From NCBI GenBank assembly GCA_900550445.1, contig URSF01000001.1, positions 65,720-129,719 of the forward strand: a DNA stretch of 64,000 bases. Direction: 5' to 3'. Under the pieces are notes generated by a model. It was not told the origin of the DNA. It saw only the letters and a list, made by a program, of their open reading frames with translations, and made no database searches. Both the position numbers and the translations under genes were made by a program. Of this stretch, positions 8,819 to 17,096 are shown piece by piece. The stretch comes from an uncultured Rhodospirillaceae bacterium (lineage in GTDB: Bacteria; Pseudomonadota; Alphaproteobacteria; CAAGCB01; CAG-977). How positions within the stretch are numbered: position 1 is the stretch's first letter; every line of letters begins with the position of its first letter.

Positions 8819-11215
8819 CTAATGAACGGGCAGATAAATTTGAGTTTTCTTTGTCCCTTTTTTGTCCGAAACGGCCAGTGTTCCGCCGTGCATTTCAATA
8901 AAGCCGCGAATCAAAGAGGCGGCAAAACCGTTTTGAGCGGCAAAATTAACCGTGTCGGAGTCGTTTTTCACATCTAAAGACTTTTCTTCCAAAGAAATGA
9001 CCAGATTTTTATTTTCCGTATAAACGGATAAAGAAACGGTTCCGTTCTTAAACGCTGCCGATACGGCGTTGTTGATCAGATAAAACAGAACCTGTTTCAG
9101 CCGTTTTTTGTCGGCGATCAGCGTCGGCAAAGCGTCCGGGCAGTTCAGATGCAGGGAAATATTTTTGTTTTTGGCCTGTTCTTTGACGGTGTTCATAATG
9201 CCGTTCAGCAAAGCGCGCGCGTCAACGCAGTCCAGTTCCAAAACGGCGGATCCCGTTTCAATCAGCGCCAGATCGGCCAGATCGGCAAACAGGATTTTCA
9301 GTTCGGACGAAGAATCAAAAATGGTCTGCAGGCATGTTTTCTGCCGCCGGCTGAGCCGCTGGCCGGCGCCGTCCGTCAATTTTTGGACCGCTTCGGTCAA
9401 AGACGACAACTGCGGAGTAATTTCCCGGCCCAGCTGTTCCAAAAAGACGGCGCGCAGTTTTTCCGCCTGAACCGTTGTTTGTTTAAATCGGCTCAGCAGC
9501 GTTTCTTTTTCTTCGGCCAAAGAAGAACTCTTTTCTTCTTCCGTCACGTCCAGAAAAGAAACGAATATCCCGCCGTCGGGCAGGCCGGCCGCGACAAATT
9601 CCAATACTTTTCCGTCCGGTCTTAAAATCTGGAAAATTTCGCCCGTGTGCGATGTGATAACGCCCAGCAGCTGTTCTTTCAGGGCTTCCCAGTTATTTTC
9701 ATTTTCAAAAAACGGCTTTTGTTTTTCGATAACTTCTACGATCGTCGCCGGCGGATTGTTAAAATCGGAATCGCTGATCTGCCACAAAGTCAGATAAGCC
9801 GTATTGGCCAGACGCAGCCGTCCGTCGCGTCCGAACAGCAAAATGGCTTCGCGCAGGTGGTTGACGACGGTGTACTGCGTTTCGTTCAATACCGTCATGG
9901 ACCGTTCCATGGTCAAATGTCCGGTAACGTCTTCGTATGTGATTAAAAGCCCGCCCAGCGGGTGGGGCGTCAGCATGCGGCGCAGAGTCATGCCGGAAGG
10001 CAGATGCAGAATGTCTTCGGTCGCCGCGACCAGAGAGGTGAAGTATTTTATTTCACGCGTTTTATAAGCGCTGAAATCCCTGTTTTCGGGCAGCCGCCGT
10101 TTTTCGCGCAGCATATCCAGCACATGGGAATACGTCGGCGAACTGTCCAGCCATTCCGCCTCCAGATCCCACAGGTTCATAAACGAAGTGTTGTAAAACC
10201 GCAGGCGCATGTCTGCGTCAAAAACGGCAATGGCGGTTTTTAAATGTTCCAAAACGCCGTTATGAGAAGCGATATGATTCTGCAAGCTGTTTTGCAGTTC
10301 CTGTTCCTGCGTAATATCGCGGACAAAACCGATCGTTCTGTTTTTGGAATACAACTGGGCGGGCAGAGGAATTTCCGAAGCTTCAACCCAGCGGCGTTTA
10401 CCTTTCATGACGACGAATTCGCGGGCTTTTTTTTCTTTTCCCGCAGCGCGTGCAGCCGCCGCCAATACTTTTGCTTCGCGCGGCGATTTTTCATAAACCA
10501 GCTCGCTGCCCAGCAATACTGCCTGTTCGGGAGAATCCGCATGCACGGCTTTGGCATACGCAGGATTGCACGCGGCGATCTGCAGTTCTTCGTTGCGCAG
10601 CCAGATCGGAAACGGCAGGCTGTCAAATGCCTGTTTAAATAAAGTGTTTTCTTTTTCCAGTTCGCGCGCCTTTTCGCCCAAAGAAGCCAGTTTTTTTGTC
10701 GTGTCCGTTGTTTCCCGTACCCACAGCGCATCTATAATATTTTTGTATTTGGCCGTGCGTGTCCTGAACCCGGAAACCAGAAAGCTTTTTGTGCGCGTGG
10801 TATTCTGCAGTTCCAAAGCAAAAGGCCGTTCGTCCGCGCGCATTTCGTTTAACGCCGCCCCCAGCGCTTCGGCGCTGTCGGGCGTAAAGTGTTCCAAAAG
10901 AGCGTCAAAAGAAGACTCCGTTCCCTGCGATAAATCCATCATGACGGCCAGCCGTCGGGAACAATGCGTTTCCCGGATAAACCCGATCGGATCGTACAGC
11001 CACAGATAACAGCCGTCCGGAAAACTTTCCAGCGTTTCTTCGGCCGTATTCAGTTTTTCTTCAGTCAAAAGCAGACGCTTGCGCTGCTTTAACAATAAAA
11101 AAACGGCCGCCGCGCAAAACAAAGCAACAATAAAGCAGATAAACAACAGTGTTTTCGGGTAAAAAAACGCCGAAATCATCATTTTTGTCAGGATTGAATC
11201 AAAAGCTGTCATCAT
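8819..11215 (-). CDS. Membrane-anchored multi-PAS sensor kinase-like protein with degenerate H-box (His->Arg) and degenerate ATP-lid; DivL-like
   Basis: N-terminal TM helix and PAS-like regions. DHp-like FLEQLGREITPQLSSL aligns to F-L-x-x-M-S-H-E-L-R-T-P-L with R at the His position (codon 9425..9427). N-box KQVLFYLINNAVSAAFKNG present. G1 (DxGxG) and G2 boxes degenerate. Confidence 0.75.
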   Translation of the reverse strand: MMTAFDSILTKMMISAFFYPKTLLFICFIVALFCAAAVFLLLKQRKRLLLTEEKLNTAEETLESFPDGCYLWLYDPIGFIRETHCSRRLAVMMDLSQGTESSFDALLEHFTPDSAEALGAALNEMRADERPFALELQNTTRTKSFLVSGFRTRTAKYKNIIDALWVRETTDTTKKLASLGEKARELEKENTLFKQAFDSLPFPIWLRNEELQIAACNPAYAKAVHADSPEQAVLLGSELVYEKSPREAKVLAAAARAAGKEKKAREFVVMKGKRRWVEASEIPLPAQLYSKNRTIGFVRDITQEQELQNSLQNHIASHNGVLEHLKTAIAVFDADMRLRFYNTSFMNLWDLEAEWLDSSPTYSHVLDMLREKRRLPENRDFSAYKTREIKYFTSLVAATEDILHLPSGMTLRRMLTPHPLGGLLITYEDVTGHLTMERSMTVLNETQYTVVNHLREAILLFGRDGRLRLANTAYLTLWQISDSDFNNPPATIVEVIEKQKPFFENENNWEALKEQLLGVITSHTGEIFQILRPDGKVLEFVAAGLPDGGIFVSFLDVTEEEKSSSLAEEKETLLSRFKQTTVQAEKLRAVFLEQLGREITPQLSSLTEAVQKLTDGAGQRLSRRQKTCLQTIFDSSSELKILFADLADLALIETGSAVLELDCVDARALLNGIMNTVKEQAKNKNISLHLNCPDALPTLIADKKRLKQVLFYLINNAVSAAFKNGTVSLSVYTENKNLVISLEEKSLDVKNDSDTVNFAAQNGFAASLIRGFIEMHGGTLAVSDKKGTKKTQIYLPVH

Positions 11216-11376
11216 TTTCTTAAAATAGCGCGGCTTGCAGGAAACAGCAAAATAAAAATTTAAGTTGTATCCGAAAGATGTTTTCGAAATGATATCTTTT
11301 TTTTAATTGATTTTCTGGTGTAAAACGGAGATTATCTGGAAAAGTATCAGTACTATTTTTTTATAAGGAAACAGTT

Positions 11377-11853
11377 ATGGTGAAAATTAGAAGGTCTTCA
11401 CGCGGCAGAACTGCGGACGGTTCTCCCAATCCGATTGACGTTTATGTTGGCGCCAGAGTGAAAATGCGCCGGACTTTGCTGGGAATGAGCCAGGAAAAAC
11501 TGGGCGAGGCTATCGGTTTGACTTTTCAGCAGGTGCAAAAATACGAACGCGGTCTGAACCGTATCAGTGCCAGCCGTTTGTTCGATATCAGCAAAGTCTT
11601 GGAAGTTCCCATCGGCTTTTTTTTCGAAGAAATGGACGATCAGGTCGCGGAATTATCACCGTGTATGCTGGCCGGCGCTTCCGAATTGGCCGAAGAACCC
11701 GTTTTGTTTAACTATGATCCGATGACAAAACGCGAAACGCTGGAACTGGTGCGCTGTTATTACACGATTCCCGACCGCCGTCTGGCCAAAAAGCTGCTGG
11801 ACCTGGTAAAGGCAATGGCTTCTTCGACTGAAGATGAGGACGATAAAAAGTAA
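11377..11853 (+). CDS. XRE-family HTH transcriptional regulator
   Basis: Cro/C1-type HTH: LLGMSQEKLGEAIGLTFQQVQKYERGLNRISASRL. Conserved position upstream of metK in alphaproteobacteria. Confidence 0.75.
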   Translation: MVKIRRSSRGRTADGSPNPIDVYVGARVKMRRTLLGMSQEKLGEAIGLTFQQVQKYERGLNRISASRLFDISKVLEVPIGFFFEEMDDQVAELSPCMLAGASELAEEPVLFNYDPMTKRETLELVRCYYTIPDRRLAKKLLDLVKAMASSTEDEDDKK

Positions 11854-11883
11854 AATCCGCTTTTTATTCGTTTGATAAAATTT

Positions 11884-11922
11884 CCGGATGCGGTTCTTTT
11901 GATCGGGCCGCATCTTTTTTTT
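11884..11922 (+). terminator. Rho-independent terminator after XRE gene
   Basis: Stem gatgcgg / ccgcatc followed by an 8-T run. Confidence 0.7.
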
Positions 11923-12034
11923 ACGGGCGGGACAAAAACGGGGTAAATCCGTAAAATTCTGTTTTCAAAAACGTTCTTCTCATTTATACCTGAACGGGTC
12001 GTTTTGTTATTTTTGGACATGAGGAGTACATTTG

Positions 12035-13204
12035 ATGAGAAAAAGTTATCTGTTTACCAGCGAATCCGTTTCCGAAGGACACCCGGACAAGGTCTGCGAC
12101 AGTATTTCCGACACGTTGCTTGATTTGTTTTTAACCCATGACCCGCAGGCGCGTTCCGCCGTTGAAACAATGGCGTCGACCGACCGCGTGATTATCTGCG
12201 GCGAAGCCCGTCTGCCGGAAAACGTTGACCGGCGCATGATGGAAGACGCCGTGCGCCGCTGCATCAAAGACATCGGTTATGAACAAAAGGGGTTTGATTG
12301 GCAGACGGTTGACGTTCAGAATTTTATTCATAAACAGTCGTCCGACATCGCGCGCGGCGTTGATGAAAACGAAAATAAAGAAGAAGGCGCCGGCGATCAG
12401 GGGATTATTTTCGGGTACGCGACCAATGAACTGGACGGGACGGAATATTCTCCGGCGGCATTGTTTCTATCTCACAGCATATTGAAGGAGCTGGCCCGTC
12501 TGCGCCATGCCGGCGAAATCAAGTGGCTGCGCCCCGACGCCAAAAGCCAGGTGACTCTGCGCTATGAAAACGGCCGGCCCGTCGACGTGGATACGGTCGT
12601 CGTATCGACACAGCATACCGAAGACGTTTCTTATGATGAAATCCGTGAGACGATTCGCGGGGTTGTTCACGGGCTGCTGCCGAACGGCTGGACGGTTGAC
12701 GATAAAAAGTTTTATGTAAATCCGACGGGGCGTTTTGTCATCGGCGGGCCGGACGGCGATACGGGGCTGACGGGACGGAAAATCATCGTTGACACTTACG
12801 GCGGCGCGGTGGCTCACGGCGGAGGCGCTTTTTCGGGAAAAGACCCTACAAAGGTCGACCGGTCCGCAGCGTATGCGACACGTTATCTGGCAAAAAATAT
12901 TGTCGCGGCCGGTCTGGCGGACAAGGCGATGATTCAGCTGGCTTATGCGATCGGCGTCGCGCGGCCTCTGGCTGTTTATCTGGATACGTTCGGCACCTGT
13001 AAAGTTGACGAAGACAAGCTGGAACGGCTGCTGCCCGAAATCATGGATCTGACGCCGCGCGGCATTCGGACGCATTTAAAGCTGAACCGTCCGATTTACC
13101 TGCCGACGTCGCGTTACGGCCATTTCGGCAGAACGCCGGGGGCGGAAGGGGCTTTTCCGTGGGAAAAAACGGATCTGGCCGAACAGTTGAAACGCGCTTT
13201 TTAA
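12035..13204 (+). CDS. metK: S-adenosylmethionine synthetase
   Basis: [18 protein letters not shown] signature. [20 protein letters not shown] at 12035 with GAGGAG 8 nt upstream (ORF track used TTG at 12032). Confidence 0.95.
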   Translation: MRKSYLFTSESVSEGHPDKVCDSISDTLLDLFLTHDPQARSAVETMASTDRVIICGEARLPENVDRRMMEDAVRRCIKDIGYEQKGFDWQTVDVQNFIHKQSSDIARGVDENENKEEGAGDQGIIFGYATNELDGTEYSPAALFLSHSILKELARLRHAGEIKWLRPDAKSQVTLRYENGRPVDVDTVVVSTQHTEDVSYDEIRETIRGVVHGLLPNGWTVDDKKFYVNPTGRFVIGGPDGDTGLTGRKIIVDTYGGAVAHGGGAFSGKDPTKVDRSAAYATRYLAKNIVAAGLADKAMIQLAYAIGVARPLAVYLDTFGTCKVDEDKLERLLPEIMDLTPRGIRTHLKLNRPIYLPTSRYGHFGRTPGAEGAFPWEKTDLAEQLKRAF

Positions 13205-13217
13205 ACGGGAAACGGGA

Positions 13218-13958
13218 ATGGAAAACAAAACGCTCAGGGATTATCAGTTTTACGGCCGCCGAAAAGGAAAAAAGCTGAAGCCTTCACGCGAAGTGCTGTT
13301 AAGTTCTTTTCTGCCGAAAGTCCGTCTGCCGGACATGGCCGGGCGCAAGGACGTCGATCCCGCGTCCTGTTTTCCGGTTCCCGTCCGTTCCGTCTGGTTG
13401 GAGGTCGGATTCGGCGGCGGAGAACACTTGGCGCAGCAGGCTTTGCGCCGCCCTGACACGGGTTTTATCGGCGCCGAGGTGTTCTTAAACGGCATTACCA
13501 GTCTGCTGACGCATTTAACCGGCATGGAACGGCGCGGCGACGTTGACGAACATGTTTCTCTGGCGGCCGGGCGGACGGACAATGTGCGCATATACGATAA
13601 TGACGTGCGCGATATTCTGCCTTGTTTCAAAGACGGCGCTTTTGAACGGATTTACGTTTTGTTTCCCGATCCGTGGCCGAAACGGCGCCATGCGGACAGA
13701 CGTTTTATCGGGCCGAAAAATCTGCCCGTGCTGGCGCGTTTGTTAAAATCCGGCGGCGAACTGCGCGTTGCCAGCGACGATATGAACTATATCCGCTGGT
13801 CGCTGGAACATCTGATGAAATCGCCGGATTTCGAATGGACGGCCGAAACGGCGGATGATTGGCGAAAACCGCCGGCGGACTGGGTAAATACGCGCTATGA
13901 ACAAAAAGCGCTGCGGCAGGGCAGAAAGCCAGTCTATCTGATTTTTAAACGGAAATAA
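13218..13958 (+). CDS. trmB: tRNA (guanine46-N7)-methyltransferase
   Basis: VWLEVGFGGGEHL SAM-binding motif. FPDPWPKRRH. metK-trmB adjacency. Confidence 0.9.
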   Translation: MENKTLRDYQFYGRRKGKKLKPSREVLLSSFLPKVRLPDMAGRKDVDPASCFPVPVRSVWLEVGFGGGEHLAQQALRRPDTGFIGAEVFLNGITSLLTHLTGMERRGDVDEHVSLAAGRTDNVRIYDNDVRDILPCFKDGAFERIYVLFPDPWPKRRHADRRFIGPKNLPVLARLLKSGGELRVASDDMNYIRWSLEHLMKSPDFEWTAETADDWRKPPADWVNTRYEQKALRQGRKPVYLIFKRK

Positions 13959-13961
13959 AAA

Positions 13962-14264
13962 ATGCGGATTTCAGTTAAAGCTTCTCCGACAGAACGTGAA
14001 TTTTTTATTAAAGGCGAATTTACGGCCCGTGACGAAGAACGTTTTTTTGACGTTTTCGTGCAGGTCCGGTCAATGACCGAACGCTGCCTGGTGTTTAATT
14101 TGTCGCAGTGCTCTTTTATCGATTCGGCGGCGATGGGCATGCTGGTCGTCGCCTGTGAAGAGGCGGCGAAAAGAAACGCTTTGCGCGTAATCCGGTCGGC
14201 GCCGGCAATGGTCAGGGACATATTGCTGTCCGCCGGATTTGAAAAATTTTATTATTTTCAGTAA
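13962..14264 (+). CDS. STAS-domain protein (anti-sigma-factor antagonist-like)
   Basis: 100 aa, SpoIIAA-like core NLSQCSFIDSAAMGMLVV. No partner kinase or phosphatase nearby. Confidence 0.55.
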   Translation: MRISVKASPTEREFFIKGEFTARDEERFFDVFVQVRSMTERCLVFNLSQCSFIDSAAMGMLVVACEEAAKRNALRVIRSAPAMVRDILLSAGFEKFYYFQ

Positions 14265-14278
14265 CGGGTGAAAAAAGG

Positions 14279-14313
14279 CTTGCCTGAACCGGCGCGGTCT
14301 GTTATGTATGAAA
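14279..14313 (+). promoter_or_regulatory. Candidate sigma70 promoter (TTGCCT-17-TATGTA) for rimP-nusA-infB operon
   Basis: TTGCCT at 14279, 17-nt spacer, TATGTA. Lies in the 124-nt gap between STAS and rimP. Confidence 0.35.
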
Positions 14314-14341
14314 CGTACATTCTTATAGTTTCTATGAGGGT

Positions 14342-14365
14342 GGGCTTAAAAAGCCCGCTTTTTTT
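14342..14365 (+). terminator. Intrinsic terminator/attenuator hairpin in rimP leader
   Basis: gggctt-aaaa-agccc stem-loop followed by an 8-T run, only ~23 nt upstream of the rimP start. Confidence 0.55.
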
Positions 14366-14388
14366 TATGGTAAGAACCGGGGGAAGAA

Positions 14389-14886
14389 ATGACTCTGAAC
14401 GATACTTTGACTGAATTGATTGTTCCCGTGTGCGAAGACATGGGGTACGATCTGGTTCGTTTGCAGCTGCAGGGCGGCAATTCGCGCAAAGTTTTGCAGA
14501 TTATGGCGGAACGCAAAGACCGCCGGGCAATGACTGTCGACGACTGCGCCGATTTAAGCCGCGCGATTTCCCCGGTGTTAGATGAACATGACCCGATCGA
14601 AGACAACTATACGCTGGAAGTCAGTTCCCCCGGAATTGACAGGCCGCTGGTAAAGTTGGACGATTTTGATCGGTTCAAAGGATTTGAAGCAAAAATCGAA
14701 TGTCAGATTCTGATAAACGGCAGAAAACGTTTTTCCGGCCGTTTGCAGGGGATTGACGGTTCGGACGTTGTTATAACGTTTGACGGCGTCGACGTTCGGA
14801 TTCCGTTTGACCAGATTGCGAAAGCGAAACTGATTTTGACGGACGAACTGCTGGCGGCGTTTGCTTCGCAGTCAGACGAGGAATAA
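14389..14886 (+). CDS. rimP: Ribosome maturation factor RimP
   Basis: LTELIVPVCEDMGYDLVRLQLQGG typical RimP N-terminus. Immediately upstream of nusA. Confidence 0.85.
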   Translation: MTLNDTLTELIVPVCEDMGYDLVRLQLQGGNSRKVLQIMAERKDRRAMTVDDCADLSRAISPVLDEHDPIEDNYTLEVSSPGIDRPLVKLDDFDRFKGFEAKIECQILINGRKRFSGRLQGIDGSDVVITFDGVDVRIPFDQIAKAKLILTDELLAAFASQSDEE

Positions 14887-14902
14887 AAAAGGAAATACAC
14901 TG

Positions 14903-16438
14903 ATGGAAAATACGGCAGCTTTACCGCGTCCCGAACTGTTGCAGGTGGCAGATGCGGTCGCCCGCGACAAGGGTATTGACAGGGACGAAGTCCTGGGCGC
15001 TATGGAATTTGCGATTCAAAAGGCGGGGCGTTCCAAATTCGGACAGGAACACGATATCCGCGCGACAATCGACCGTAAAAACGGGGCGATTACGATGGCG
15101 CGTTATATCGAAGTCGTTCCCGATGACGCGGAAATCGAAAACGAAGCCGCGCAGATAACGGAAACAAAGGCGCGCAAAAAGGATCCTTCGCTGAAGGCCG
15201 GCGATTTTATTGTTGATCCTCTGCCGCCGATTGATTTCGGGCGCATTGCCGCGCAAACCGCAAAGCAGGTCATTGTGCAGAAAGTCCGCGACGCCGAACG
15301 TATCCGCCAGTACAATGAATACAAAGACCGGATCGGCGAAATCGTCAACGGAATTGTCAAACGTGTTGAAACCGGCAATATCATTGTCGATATGGGCCGC
15401 GCCGAAGCCGTGCTGCGCTGGGACGAACTGATTCCGCGCGAACAGTTTCATAACGGCGACCGGATTCGCGCTTATTTAATGGACGTCCGTCAGGAAGTCC
15501 GCGGCCCGCAGCTTTTCCTGTCCCGCACGCACCCGCAGTTTATGGCGAAGCTGTTCGCGCAGGAAGTGCCGGAAATTTATGACGGCGTGATCGAAGTCAA
15601 GGCTGTGGCCCGTGATCCGGGGTCGCGCGCGAAAATGGCCGTAACGGCGACGGATTCGTCGATTGATCCCGTCGGCGCGTGCGTCGGCATGCGCGGCGTG
15701 CGCGTTCAGGCGGTCGTAACGGAACTGCAGGGCGAAAAAGTGGATATTATCCAATGGTCGCCCGATCCCGCGGTCTTTATTGTCAACGCTTTGGCGCCGG
15801 CGGAAGTCGTTAAAGTCGTTTTGGACGAAGAAGCGCACAGAATCGAAGTCGTCGTTCCCGATGATCAGCTGTCTTTGGCGATCGGACGGCGCGGACAGAA
15901 CGTGCGTTTGGCGTCGCAGCTGACCGGCTGGTACATTGATATTCTGACCGAAGCCGAAGAATCCGAACGTCGCCAGAGCGAAGTCAAAGTCCGCACGCAG
16001 ATGTTCATGGACGCTTTGGACGTTGACGACGTTATCGCGCATCTGCTGGTTGCGGAAGGCTTTACGTCGGTCGGGGAAGTCGCGTTTGTTCCGCTGACGG
16101 ACATTACGTCGATCGAAGGCTTTGACGAAGAAATCGCCGCCGAATTGCAAAACCGCGCGAAAGCGTACGTTGAAAAACAGAATGCCGAATTCGCCGTGCG
16201 CAGCAAAGAGCTGGGCGTCGACGAAAGTCTGATCGGCCATGAAGGGCTGGATCAGGGCATGATTGTCAAGCTGGCGGAAAAAGGCGTCAAAACGCTGGAA
16301 GATTTCGCTGATCTGGCGAATGACGAACTGTTGGAAATTTTAGGCGAAAACGCGATGACGGCGCACGACGCCGACGCTTTGATTATGAAAGCGCGCGAAA
16401 AGCTGGGTTGGTTTGCCGATGACGGTGAAAAAGCCTGA
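14903..16438 (+). CDS. nusA: Transcription termination/antitermination factor NusA
   Basis: S1 and KH domains plus C-terminal acidic repeats. ORF track starts at 14861; ATG 14903 (MENTAALP) after AAGGAAA is the likely start. Confidence 0.95.
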   Translation: MENTAALPRPELLQVADAVARDKGIDRDEVLGAMEFAIQKAGRSKFGQEHDIRATIDRKNGAITMARYIEVVPDDAEIENEAAQITETKARKKDPSLKAGDFIVDPLPPIDFGRIAAQTAKQVIVQKVRDAERIRQYNEYKDRIGEIVNGIVKRVETGNIIVDMGRAEAVLRWDELIPREQFHNGDRIRAYLMDVRQEVRGPQLFLSRTHPQFMAKLFAQEVPEIYDGVIEVKAVARDPGSRAKMAVTATDSSIDPVGACVGMRGVRVQAVVTELQGEKVDIIQWSPDPAVFIVNALAPAEVVKVVLDEEAHRIEVVVPDDQLSLAIGRRGQNVRLASQLTGWYIDILTEAEESERRQSEVKVRTQMFMDALDVDDVIAHLLVAEGFTSVGEVAFVPLTDITSIEGFDEEIAAELQNRAKAYVEKQNAEFAVRSKELGVDESLIGHEGLDQGMIVKLAEKGVKTLEDFADLANDELLEILGENAMTAHDADALIMKAREKLGWFADDGEKA

Positions 16439-17069
16439 TGTAAAAAAGAAGCGCTGGCGGGGGACTCCGTCCCCCGACGGTCTGTCGCGCAAAAAAAACG
16501 AAACGGTGCGCCGGTGTCTGGTGACGCGCGAAACGCTGCCGATGGATCGTTTAATTCGTTTTTGCGTGTCGCCCGACCGCATGGTCGTCCCCGATTTGGC
16601 ACATAAGCTGCCGGGCAGGGGCATGTGGGTGACGGCGGACAGGGATTTGGTTGAAACGGCGTGCGGGAAAGGCTTGTTTGCAAAAGCGGCGCACGCTAAA
16701 GTAACTTGTCCCGAAGATATGGACGGATTGATCAAATCGTTGTTTGTCAAACGTCTGCAATCTTTGCTGGGGCTGGCCAGAAAAGCGGGGCTGGCCGTGG
16801 CGGGATTTGAAAAAGCGGCGGAAGCGCTGAAAAAAAAGCAGGCGGTCTGCCTGTTGGAAGCCGTGGACGGCGCAGCCGACGGGCGGGAAAAATTGGACCG
16901 TCTGCGCGGCGGCGTTCCGCTGATCCGGGTGTTGACCGCCGATCAGACCGCCGAAGCTTTGGGCGCGGGGATATGCGTCCATACCGTGCTGAAACAAGGC
17001 GGCGCCGCTGATTTATTTGTTGCAGAAGCACGGCGTTTTGCTGCATATTGCAAAATTGAACAGGTTTAA
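16413..17069 (+). CDS. YlxR/DUF448-family RNA-binding protein with C-terminal L7Ae-like region
   Basis: CLVTRETLPMDRLIRFCVSPDRMVVPDL...LPGRGMWV DUF448 motif. Sits between nusA and infB. Overlaps nusA end. Confidence 0.75.
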   Translation: MPMTVKKPDVKKKRWRGTPSPDGLSRKKNETVRRCLVTRETLPMDRLIRFCVSPDRMVVPDLAHKLPGRGMWVTADRDLVETACGKGLFAKAAHAKVTCPEDMDGLIKSLFVKRLQSLLGLARKAGLAVAGFEKAAEALKKKQAVCLLEAVDGAADGREKLDRLRGGVPLIRVLTADQTAEALGAGICVHTVLKQGGAADLFVAEARRFAAYCKIEQV

Positions 17070-17096
17070 TGCGTAGAAAAAAGGCTGATTGATTAA

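Noticed and set aside
11931-12031. Possible SAM riboswitch (SAM-II / SAM-SAH) in the metK leader
   Set aside because: Looked for the SAM-II pseudoknot consensus and the SAM/SAH hairpin by eye. Nothing convincing. Needs an Rfam scan. Not reported as a feature.
14921-16240. Minus-strand ORFs 14921..15451 and 15476..16240
   Set aside because: Antisense to nusA. No motifs.
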